From: a virus
DNA length: 64,000 bases
Reading direction: 5' to 3' (one strand)
IMG/VR virus record: IMGVR_UViG_3300017783_000007
Location: 14,496 to 78,495 of that record
In this document: piece after piece, positions 47,220 through 55,306 of the stretch
How the letters are laid out: every line of letters begins with the position of its first letter
How positions within the stretch are numbered: the stretch's first letter is position 1
Notes under the pieces: model-generated
Database searches by the model: none
The model's input: the letters and a program-made list of their open reading frames with translations, nothing else
What the model was told of the DNA's origin: nothing
Made by a program: the position numbers and the translations under genes

Positions 47220-47626
47220 AAATTTTCCAAGTCACCTACAGTCTCTGTAATCCAAGTATCAAAAGAGTTTGCATTCTTCATCAACAACTCTGCATTATCA
47301 GATGTGTACGGGAGGCAGTCATCAGGATCAAGAGCTGATATATCCACCAAAAGAAGCTCTTCTAGGTAACGATATTTTAAGCCTTTCCATCCTTTAATCA
47401 CTGCTTTGCAGTATTCTACTAAGAACTTATCTTCGTCTAAATCTTCCTCAGGTTGATGAGTCTTCTTATTAAACTTTGTAGAAATACACTTTTTACGTAG
47501 CTTAATGAGCTCTTCTCTTGCAAGGTAGCATACATCAATAGACATTCCAGAGTATCCTGGAAAATCAATAGTAACTGTTTTACTAGGAGTCATAAGACTG
47601 GCTAGTGAAATAGGCGAATCGGTCAT
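47204..47626 (-). CDS. Tail assembly chaperone (gpG-like)
   Basis: Between tail tube and tape measure genes; IKGWKGL motif; ends DLENF with a slippery site. Confidence 0.88.
   Translation of the reverse strand: MTDSPISLASLMTPSKTVTIDFPGYSGMSIDVCYLAREELIKLRKKCISTKFNKKTHQPEEDLDEDKFLVEYCKAVIKGWKGLKYRYLEELLLVDISALDPDDCLPYTSDNAELLMKNANSFDTWITETVGDLENFTSNK
47219..47225 (-). other. Programmed -1 frameshift slippery heptamer A AAT TTT
   Basis: In-frame XXXYYYZ heptamer four codons before the stop. The -1 frame is open through 46785. Confidence 0.8.
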
Positions 47627-47661
47627 TTGGGAATCCTTTTTATTATCAAACTTTAGATCAT

Positions 47662-47702
47662 AGTATATTCTATGGTAGGAGAAATGTCAAGAATTATTTT
47701 TG
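47662..47702 (-). promoter_or_regulatory. sigma70-type promoter for chaperone / tape measure / tail tip genes
   Basis: Minus strand AAAAATAATTC-TTGACA (47690-47685), 17 nt spacer, TATACT (47667-47662). Confidence 0.85.
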
Positions 47703-47710
47703 CTTGGTGT

Positions 47711-47738
47711 AATAAAAAAGGGGCCGAAGCCCCTTTTT
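47711..47738 (-). terminator. Intrinsic terminator after the tail tube gene
   Basis: Minus strand AAAAAGGGGC-TTCG-GCCCCTTTTTTATT. Confidence 0.92.
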
Positions 47739-47754
47739 GTAAGGTAGGTTTTAA

Positions 47755-48879
47755 CTATGCACCTACATACTTCAATGCTACTTCGTCTGTACTACTAATT
47801 GTATCTGGCAGAGCCTGAAAATTAGTTTCAAGGGAGATAACATCATCAATGCTGTGCGCAGGAATCTCAAAGTGAGAATGATCCATAGCCAACTCTAGGC
47901 GAGGAGTACCGGAGGCTCCACCCACCTTAAACGTTGTTGCAAACTCGTTTGTAATCTTACCCAAAGCTCCAGAAGAGGTTAGGTCATTAAAGAAGTCAGT
48001 AGACGTACCATTATTAGCAACAGTGTCCAAGTTTAGATAACATGTAAAGTTACCAGACACAGTACGAGCACCTGTTACGTGACCTACTGGAGTGTTTACA
48101 ATACCAAGTTCTTCCGGAGTAATAAAGGTAATATTATTTGAAATAGTAATACTGCCTCCTGTCAAAGTAAGGTTATATACACCGTTACTATTTGCTCCAG
48201 GGAATGTAGTAGTATCTGTCGCCGTAATACTTAACTGAGTTAGTCGGTTACGAATAAAGTTATCTGTTGCCGTAATATCTTCTGTCAAAGTCGGAGTAGG
48301 AGCACTGTCCTGAGTAACTGTGTTAGCAAAGCCAGACCAGTTAATAGTAGCCAAACCATCGATATCAAAATCAATCGTAGCTTCGTTTACAACTGCGCCA
48401 GATAACTTATATACCACAGGATTCGTTGTTCCGCCCATCTTAAAATATAAGTTAGCAGTTCCTAATGTAGATTTGTTTGAATCTGAAAAACTAATATCAA
48501 GATCGGTTGTATCTCTTGTAAAGCCGGTAAAACTACTGCTGCTATACGCCGCATCTCCCGCCATCAATGCCCACAAAACTTCCTCTACAGCATGGTGACT
48601 ATTAGCAACAGTATTTACCGCTCCTGGACCAGTGCCTGCAGATTTAAAAGGACGAACATATGTAGAAAACGACCATTCAGCTGGGGCTAATGAGTCATTA
48701 AAGAATGCTCGACCACGACGGGATACTCCCGCACTACTTTCCATTTCAGCCAAAGTAACTTCAGTTGAGTTAGAATCTTGAGAAAAGCTAAATCCATCAA
48801 GTACAGGAAGTTCCCATACGTCGGATCCAATTTCAACATAAAGTTTAGTATCTCTACTAAAATACAATACGTCAGCCAT
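47755..48879 (-). CDS. Major tail tube protein (T5 pb6-like, no C-terminal Ig domain)
   Basis: LYFSRDTK, LDGFSFSQ, APAEWSFSTYVRP, DIDGLATINWSG, GARTVSG. 374 aa, AGGAG SD. Confidence 0.9.
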   Translation of the reverse strand: MADVLYFSRDTKLYVEIGSDVWELPVLDGFSFSQDSNSTEVTLAEMESSAGVSRRGRAFFNDSLAPAEWSFSTYVRPFKSAGTGPGAVNTVANSHHAVEEVLWALMAGDAAYSSSSFTGFTRDTTDLDISFSDSNKSTLGTANLYFKMGGTTNPVVYKLSGAVVNEATIDFDIDGLATINWSGFANTVTQDSAPTPTLTEDITATDNFIRNRLTQLSITATDTTTFPGANSNGVYNLTLTGGSITISNNITFITPEELGIVNTPVGHVTGARTVSGNFTCYLNLDTVANNGTSTDFFNDLTSSGALGKITNEFATTFKVGGASGTPRLELAMDHSHFEIPAHSIDDVISLETNFQALPDTISSTDEVALKYVGA

Positions 48880-48940
48880 AGTAATCTCCTATGCATCTTG
48901 AAAAGACTTGGACGTGAACATTTGTTCGTGCCAGTATTTT

Positions 48941-49396
48941 CTAATATTGAACCTCAATGAGTATTTCTCCTACTCCTAAAGGTTCCAAAACACCTTCGTC
49001 AGTATCTATACTAACTACTGTGATTTGTTGAGTTTGAAAGATGTTATTTAAAGAGTCAAAGTACTCTAACCTAGAGTTTTCTTCTACTACAGTTTCAATA
49101 TCTTCCATTAATTTATTTAAGGCTTCTTGAGCGCCTTCTTCATTAACATAACAACGAATAGTTATTACTAAAAATCTGTCCTTGAAGCCGCCGCCTTGAT
49201 AAGTTCTTGTCTCACTTCCTGCATTTAAATGTACTGCAGGAAACTCGTCTACCTCGTCCCAAAACTTTAAAAAAGGAAAAACTTGATTATTTAAATCAAC
49301 CAAGTATTGACCCGCGCCATTGATGTCTTTTAGTTTTGCCGTCAAAGCTTCTACAATATTAGATCGCCTAGAAGTGTATACGCGTTCCGTAGCCAT
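48941..49396 (-). CDS. Tail terminator protein (T5 p142-like)
   Basis: Synteny; R..IV.AL, FP.V, TDEGVL.P.GVGE motif. Confidence 0.82.
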   Translation of the reverse strand: MATERVYTSRRSNIVEALTAKLKDINGAGQYLVDLNNQVFPFLKFWDEVDEFPAVHLNAGSETRTYQGGGFKDRFLVITIRCYVNEEGAQEALNKLMEDIETVVEENSRLEYFDSLNNIFQTQQITVVSIDTDEGVLEPLGVGEILIEVQY

Positions 49397-50736
49397 TAAT
49401 TTCTCCTAGTATACAATCGTGTAGTTACTAACTGTGCTGCTATCTGTCGTATAGACGCATCTATTAAAGTTCTAGGATCTCTTTCGACATCACTAAATCT
49501 AGAGCCACTGGTACTCTCATAAACTTGATAAGGGCTCTTCTCGTAGGTGTACCCCACGCTCATATAGCCTTGTCGGGTTTTAGAGATATCAGTAACTTTT
49601 ACGCTACTTGCAAATCTCCCCGTTCTATTTTCTAGTCTCGGGGGCTTCATATTTCTTACTACTGTTTCTGGTAGTTTAGAGTTTAGCAAAGCAAACAAGG
49701 TTATATTAGATTGCTTTCTACTTTCATCCCCTCCAAACTTTATAGCTCCTGCTTTTACATTATCCTTAAACGCCGCGCCTTTAACTGCTTTTGTTTTGGA
49801 AGTCTTACTCGCTTTAGAGCTCTTTTTTACTACTTTTTTCTTTTTAATATTTGATTTGACTTTGCCATTTTTTGACTTAGATACTTCAGCAAAACCGTTT
49901 AAAATTTCCGCTTCTCTTATCTCTCTACTACTCATAGAACCTTTTAGCTCTGTCAATTCTAACTTATTGGTAAGGGCTAGAAGTTTTTTATTTATAGCGC
50001 CTGCCTCTTTAGAGATAGAAGCACCATGTTTTTTATTCTCAAAAGTGCTTTCTAGAGAGATCTCAATATAATCTTTTCCCTTACCAAATCTTTTAGTAGC
50101 AGACAACTCTATATCAGTAGAGAGTTCTTTTATATATTTTTTAACTGTCGGGTCATTCTTAGAAGAAAAAGTAAACAGAGCATCTTTAACCGCAGCTTTT
50201 CTTTGATTAGAAACAGCTGAGCCTTCTGAGTGCCCAATATCTATAAAGTCTCTAGGATCTACTTCTTCTAGCTTATTTGTTCTACTGTTATTCAATCTTC
50301 TTATTTGCTGGTTTAAGTTTTTTACAAGAGACTTCTGAGCTCTTTGTTTAATTCTCCTAAAATATGCAAATACATTTCTAGTACCCTTCCCCTCTTTTAC
50401 ACCTATCATAACAGTGAGTTTACTATTTGTAGCCTTAAAGTCGGAGGTATAGTAGGTTTTTCTATTACCCTCAAAGTTTGAGGGGTGAAGAGCCTTTTTA
50501 AAGTAGTCAAACATAACGTCGACTTCAGTATCAATAATTTTTTCTATACTATCTGGGAGGCTTTTAAACCCTCCTCTGCGTAGCATTTGTGTTTTAATTT
50601 GTTTTTTTAAGTCATTCTTTTCTACAGTTAGAGCATGTACTTTTGTATCAGATACTAACCTTCTATACTCAGCTGAATCTTTTTTTAAATCTTTTTCTAA
50701 AGATACAAGTAAGTTATATAGATCTCTTTTTGCCAT
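49396..50736 (-). CDS. Tail completion protein (T5 p143-like), N-terminally extended and very basic
   Basis: C-terminal LENRTGRFASSV...PYQVYE...RDPRTLI..SIRQIA; synteny. Confidence 0.78.
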   Translation of the reverse strand: MAKRDLYNLLVSLEKDLKKDSAEYRRLVSDTKVHALTVEKNDLKKQIKTQMLRRGGFKSLPDSIEKIIDTEVDVMFDYFKKALHPSNFEGNRKTYYTSDFKATNSKLTVMIGVKEGKGTRNVFAYFRRIKQRAQKSLVKNLNQQIRRLNNSRTNKLEEVDPRDFIDIGHSEGSAVSNQRKAAVKDALFTFSSKNDPTVKKYIKELSTDIELSATKRFGKGKDYIEISLESTFENKKHGASISKEAGAINKKLLALTNKLELTELKGSMSSREIREAEILNGFAEVSKSKNGKVKSNIKKKKVVKKSSKASKTSKTKAVKGAAFKDNVKAGAIKFGGDESRKQSNITLFALLNSKLPETVVRNMKPPRLENRTGRFASSVKVTDISKTRQGYMSVGYTYEKSPYQVYESTSGSRFSDVERDPRTLIDASIRQIAAQLVTTRLYTRRN

Positions 50737-51317
50737 TAGAAATTCTTGTATAAGTCCAAAACTCTTTTTATATGGTCTGGAAATCCTATATTGCCTGCCA
50801 CGCTAGTAGTCGGAGAATTTTGTATCGAGGCTCCGCCTAGAGTTTTTCTTTCTCTGTGCTCTCTCTTGAAATAATATGTAATTAAATCAATTACTGCAAG
50901 TTTAAGATCTGTAGGCAAAGTAGCATAGCCTGCAGTATAAGTTACTTTTACAGAACCAGCCCCTTTAGGCCAATTTCTATAACCACTGCCTAAAACATAG
51001 AAAACACTATCTGTATCTGAGTCTAAATAATAATCTGTACTTGCAAGAGTAGTGTAACTTTCTGTCACAGAATCTCTTGTCTCTACGGATACAATTGAAT
51101 TTACAGGACTCTCTGTAAGCTGAACAACATGAGTACCCCAGTTAATAGAAAATTCTTCTACCTTATTGGTAGAAAAGAAGTCAATAAAAGAGTTACCACA
51201 ATAAGTTTTTACTAATTCACTTATAGAAGGAATAAGAGTTTGAATACGCAAATCATCCTTAGGATTAGACATGCCCTCCGCCTCTTTATACTGCGCTAAT
51301 GTGATTAAATTTGCCAT
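50736..51317 (-). CDS. Head completion / head-tail connector (T5 p144-like)
   Basis: LITLAQYK, VKVTYTAGY..LP.DLKLA, FPDHIKRVLDLY; follows the major capsid gene. Confidence 0.88.
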   Translation of the reverse strand: MANLITLAQYKEAEGMSNPKDDLRIQTLIPSISELVKTYCGNSFIDFFSTNKVEEFSINWGTHVVQLTESPVNSIVSVETRDSVTESYTTLASTDYYLDSDTDSVFYVLGSGYRNWPKGAGSVKVTYTAGYATLPTDLKLAVIDLITYYFKREHRERKTLGGASIQNSPTTSVAGNIGFPDHIKRVLDLYKNF

Positions 51318-51328
51318 AAGTATATTAG

Positions 51329-51360
51329 TAAAAACTTGGGGCGGCGAACCGCCCCAGGTT
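51329..51360 (-). terminator. Intrinsic terminator after the major capsid gene
   Basis: Minus strand TGGGGCGG-TTCG-CCGCCCCA followed by AGTTTTT. Confidence 0.88.
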
Positions 51361-51377
51361 ATAGAGCTTAAGTAAGC

Positions 51378-53393
51378 TTAAGCTACTGCAAGAAGAGCGA
51401 TAACTGACTTATCAGTTGCAGTGTCGCCTACTAGCTGGTTAAAGCCAAGAGACTGAGTAGCAACAATAACGTTACGCTGATTCATTACTTCGTAGTCTTG
51501 CTCTACATTCACGCCGCGAAGACGTGGAATAGCAAAGTTACGAACGTTGACTGCAAGGCCTACAGCAGCATCATCAGCTTCTGCTGGGAAGTTATCAGAC
51601 ACGATCACAGGAGTACCGAAGATCGCACCTACTTGACCAGTAAGCTTGGTAGCAACGTCTGAACCTACATCTGTGATGTCGGCAAAACCAGCATCAGCAA
51701 TCAGGTCATAGTAACGATTCTGAGAAACTACATATACCAACTCATCGGGCATCATGCCATACTTGCCCATCTGCTTACGAGCGGATAGGAAGTCTGCTGC
51801 GTCTACTGCGGTTCCACCCAGGTTAGCCGCGGATACAGAAGTATCGAAGGTGTTGGTTCCAGCAATCTTGATCAAGCCATCAAAATCATCGGAGCCGCCG
51901 GTGGCAACATGATTAAGAAGAGCTTCGTCTACTGCACGAGCGTGAGAGCGAGCAACAGACTCAACAAGCATAGGCATCAAGTTAATAAGAATTTCCTCAT
52001 CAACATGGTTATCCATCAACGTGGTTGAGATCAAACGGTAAGCTTTAAGCACTACCTGCGCAGGCTGAGGAGTTGCACCACCACGAGTCGTCAAGTTACC
52101 AGTAGTAGCAGCACCCGTTTGGAAGGCAGCTAAACCAGTATCTTGCTGAATTGGCAGTACTTGTGCTTGTGAATTGATTTGAATTTCACGGAAGGCGCGT
52201 GCAAGGCGAAGCTCTCGCATAATTTCCTTCTCAATCTGACCCGATACTTCCGTAGCGATGTTAGGTTGAGCAGAGGCATACGTTACGCCAGCTTTCTCAA
52301 TTACATCACGACCATAAGCAGTGTTCTCTAGACCCTTGCCGGTCATTACACCCAGAAGGTGTGCATGCATAAACTGCTGGCCCCACTTAGAGATAGTATC
52401 TACGCCTTCAGAACGATCTGAGAAAACGCGCTTAGATTCACGCATTTTTGTGATTTCTTCGTTCTTCTCTTCAAGCTCTTTCTGATGCTTGGCTACGATC
52501 TCACCAATATCAGCGTCTTTTTGAGAAATTTTGGCTTCAACATCAGCCAACAACTTTTCTGCGCCCGTCTCAACCGCAGTTACTACTGCGCTTTTAACTT
52601 GCTCTTCTTGTTGAGCTTTTGCTTCAGCTTCAGCTTGAGCTTTTTCAGCAAGTTCTTGTGCTACGGCTTCATCCGCAGCTTTTTGTTCGGCTTGCTTCAT
52701 TGCAATCTTTGCAGCAGTTTCTTCTGCTACTTTCTTAGCAAATGCTTCCAAGTCGATTTCTGGAGTATTAACTTCAGACATTTGGATCTCCTTTTGAACC
52801 TCTTCGGTTCCGTCCGGTGTATCACTAGCTACGCTAGAAGTATTAACTTCGTCTTTAGCCAGAGTCTGACCGGCTAGATCTACACGATTTGTGAAAGTTT
52901 TCTTGAATTCTTCATACTCATCCATAGAGTCAAAAGATTTCGCTAGTGAGAAAGTAGCCTCTTGATTGCAAGGAACGGATACAACCGATACTTCAAACAA
53001 CTCAGCGTCCTTTATCTTTAGTCCGTCAGTTTCCGATAGATAATCAGCATCCTTGACTCGGAAACCAACAGAAAATGCTCCAAGGATACCTTCTTTAACT
53101 AATTCGCAAACATTAGCAGGTGCAGATTTGCTAATTTTTGCTTCTAACTCTAGACCTGCTTCTGTTACTTTTAGGCCTGTAGCTCGACCAATAGGTCTAT
53201 CATAATCATGATTGAAAAGAATAATAGGATTCTTTTCAAAGTTTTTTAACCCACCTTTTGCCCATGCTTCTGCAGAGATAGTATCTCCTGCACGGTCAAA
53301 ATCGCAAGTACTTGCCATCCCACGGATCATCACGCTTCCATCTTCGGAAGGCAATGATTTAAACGTAGACGTTAAATTAAATATTTTTTCCAT
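51378..53393 (-). CDS. Fused prohead protease (HK97/S78 type) - scaffold - major capsid protein
   Basis: N-terminal DRAGD, NPIILFNH..PIG, FSVGF, LFEVSVVSVPCN protease motifs; Ala/Glu/Lys coiled coil; HK97-fold C-terminal part (GQVGAIFGTPVIVSD). No stop between the parts. Confidence 0.93.
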   Translation of the reverse strand: MEKIFNLTSTFKSLPSEDGSVMIRGMASTCDFDRAGDTISAEAWAKGGLKNFEKNPIILFNHDYDRPIGRATGLKVTEAGLELEAKISKSAPANVCELVKEGILGAFSVGFRVKDADYLSETDGLKIKDAELFEVSVVSVPCNQEATFSLAKSFDSMDEYEEFKKTFTNRVDLAGQTLAKDEVNTSSVASDTPDGTEEVQKEIQMSEVNTPEIDLEAFAKKVAEETAAKIAMKQAEQKAADEAVAQELAEKAQAEAEAKAQQEEQVKSAVVTAVETGAEKLLADVEAKISQKDADIGEIVAKHQKELEEKNEEITKMRESKRVFSDRSEGVDTISKWGQQFMHAHLLGVMTGKGLENTAYGRDVIEKAGVTYASAQPNIATEVSGQIEKEIMRELRLARAFREIQINSQAQVLPIQQDTGLAAFQTGAATTGNLTTRGGATPQPAQVVLKAYRLISTTLMDNHVDEEILINLMPMLVESVARSHARAVDEALLNHVATGGSDDFDGLIKIAGTNTFDTSVSAANLGGTAVDAADFLSARKQMGKYGMMPDELVYVVSQNRYYDLIADAGFADITDVGSDVATKLTGQVGAIFGTPVIVSDNFPAEADDAAVGLAVNVRNFAIPRLRGVNVEQDYEVMNQRNVIVATQSLGFNQLVGDTATDKSVIALLAVA
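52779..52793 (-). promoter_or_regulatory. Internal in-frame ribosome binding site and ATG for stand-alone scaffold-capsid protein
   Basis: AAGGAG-ATCCAA-ATG (Met205 at 52781) at the protease/scaffold boundary; gives a 467 aa product. Confidence 0.8.
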
Positions 53394-53394
53394 A

Positions 53395-53694
53395 TTATTT
53401 CTCGTCTTTGCTCGTTACTTTTGGAGCGCTTTTTGGCTTCGGAGCATCTTCAACAACAGGCTCCGGAGCGGATTTTGGTACGGGTTGCTCAATAAGGTCT
53501 GAGTGCTTAATACGTAAAGCATGCAGCAAATATTTCCATGCTTTAAAGCTTCTCTTTATAGAAATAGCATGAATTGCTTCTTTTGGCCCTAAGATACCCA
53601 CATAACTTTTATAGTCTATGTCCAAAGGAAGCTGGAACTCCTTAAAATGCCTATAAGCTGTATCCAGTATTTTTTGTTTTTGACGAACTGCCAC
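53395..53694 (-). CDS. Hypothetical protein between portal and protease
   Basis: GTG start with GAAGG SD, abutting both neighbours; basic N-terminal domain and Pro/Lys tail. Confidence 0.75.
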   Translation of the reverse strand: MAVRQKQKILDTAYRHFKEFQLPLDIDYKSYVGILGPKEAIHAISIKRSFKAWKYLLHALRIKHSDLIEQPVPKSAPEPVVEDAPKPKSAPKVTSKDEK

Positions 53695-54891
53695 CTAGCC
53701 TTCTCCTTCTTCTATAGGTCTACCACCCTCTTCAGGATTTGTAGCACTTCCTGCTATATTAGCAGGTACTCTTATTTGATCATGCCCCTCTAAAGGCTCC
53801 ATTCCCAGACGTACCCGCGCTTCATTAGGGGCAATGATTCCGCCATTTACTAAAGAAGTGTAGTATGCAGCTGCGTCACGAAGTTCAGGCTGCAGCGCTG
53901 GGATATTCGTAATGTCTTCTGACATTTGATATCCAAAATATCTTTCTGTCGCAAAGTTTATCTTTCTAACTATAGGTAAAATAGTTTCTAGATAATACAT
54001 TCTCATGTTTGGACGAATATTTGCATTATTACCAGAGTCCAACATAATTGGGGGAACTCCTAATGCTTTTAAAATAATTTTTTCATTTTCAGCGATGGCA
54101 GATTGAAAGTCTAACTCTTTAAAGTTTACATTAGAGACTTTGTCTAGCTCTATGCCCCCATCTAGTATAAGGGGTCTTTTACCTCCGGAGTCTGGGCTGT
54201 ATCTTGCCGTCCAAGATTGTATCATTCTTTCTTTTATTTTCTCGGATAAGGTATTAGGAGATTTTAGTACAAGCCCCGGAACTGCTCCGTTCTTAAAAAA
54301 GTTATCTTGAAAACCTCGCATTCTGCTCATTAGTACCATAGTACGTAGTGCAGGTTTAAGTCTAGAAACTCCTCGATATATAGAATAAAAAGAGTTGTCT
54401 TTTACATGAATTATTTCGCTAGGGCTATAGGTTACAGTCTCATTAAAAGTAAATTTTTCGATGTAGGTACTATCGCTAGCATGAATTGTGACTTTATTTG
54501 CGGGTAAGTGATAAAGATGGACCCCGTCAAAATAAATAAAAATATTCCCATCAATTATAAAATCTGTTATAAGATTTCGTCGAAAAGTGCTAATATCTTG
54601 GAATGGGTTTGGCTCTTTGTTTAATAAAAGAGAGACTCTTGACCTTTTTATACCTTTTGTAACACTCTGCAGTCCTACTACTTGAGGGCCTACTGCAACT
54701 GGTACTTCAGAGGCATCATCTACAATAAGATTTACTCCTCTATTTACTATTTCTAAATCCTCATAAGCCTTCTCATAACTTATTGTATGCTCTCTAGAAG
54801 GATTAGTTTTATGGTTATAGTATGGTTGAGCAGGATTTAGTTTTTCCTCCACCTCAGATGATCTACCTATAAATCTGTCATACCATGCCAT
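53695..54891 (-). CDS. Portal protein (HK97/T5 pb7 type)
   Basis: LLNKEPNPFQ, EIIHVK, FFKNGAVPG, LGVPP, NEARVRLG. Confidence 0.95.
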   Translation of the reverse strand: MAWYDRFIGRSSEVEEKLNPAQPYYNHKTNPSREHTISYEKAYEDLEIVNRGVNLIVDDASEVPVAVGPQVVGLQSVTKGIKRSRVSLLLNKEPNPFQDISTFRRNLITDFIIDGNIFIYFDGVHLYHLPANKVTIHASDSTYIEKFTFNETVTYSPSEIIHVKDNSFYSIYRGVSRLKPALRTMVLMSRMRGFQDNFFKNGAVPGLVLKSPNTLSEKIKERMIQSWTARYSPDSGGKRPLILDGGIELDKVSNVNFKELDFQSAIAENEKIILKALGVPPIMLDSGNNANIRPNMRMYYLETILPIVRKINFATERYFGYQMSEDITNIPALQPELRDAAAYYTSLVNGGIIAPNEARVRLGMEPLEGHDQIRVPANIAGSATNPEEGGRPIEEGEG

Positions 54892-55240
54892 GTTTTTCTC
54901 TTTGTATCCTTACCCAGTTCTTTTGCTTAGTAGCAGTGCCTAGTCCTGGATTTCTTCCGTAAATGGAGTGCAACTGTAAGTGATGTTCATGGCAGAGAGT
55001 AACCGTATGTTCGTAAAGTTCTGCTCTATGCTTTTGTATAAACTCATCCCTAAAAGAAAGTATATTTTGAGGATCTAGTCTGTTTTTTGCTATATAAGTA
55101 TGGACTAAAGGGCTCAAAGTATAGTAATGGTGAAAATCAAGTTTTACTTTCGATTCACAGATCTCGCATTCAGTACCTTTTTCATAAGCATTCTTTGCTT
55201 TATCTCTTATGTATTTTACGACGTCTCTTTTTAAATCCAT
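54878..55240 (-). CDS. HNH-type nicking endonuclease (packaging associated)
   Basis: CEIC...FHH...TLCHEHH..LH..YG; between terL and portal as in T5. Confidence 0.85.
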   Translation of the reverse strand: MDLKRDVVKYIRDKAKNAYEKGTECEICESKVKLDFHHYYTLSPLVHTYIAKNRLDPQNILSFRDEFIQKHRAELYEHTVTLCHEHHLQLHSIYGRNPGLGTATKQKNWVRIQREKHGMV

Positions 55241-55254
55241 TTTCTAATACCAGA

Positions 55255-55296
55255 ATTATATCGAGTTTGGGGTACCATGTCAAATATTATTTTTAA
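55255..55296 (-). promoter_or_regulatory. sigma70-type promoter for HNH-portal-capsid genes
   Basis: Minus strand AAAAATAATAT-TTGACA (55283-55278), 17 nt spacer, TATAAT (55260-55255). Confidence 0.88.
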
Positions 55297-55306
55297 GATG
55301 GTATCG

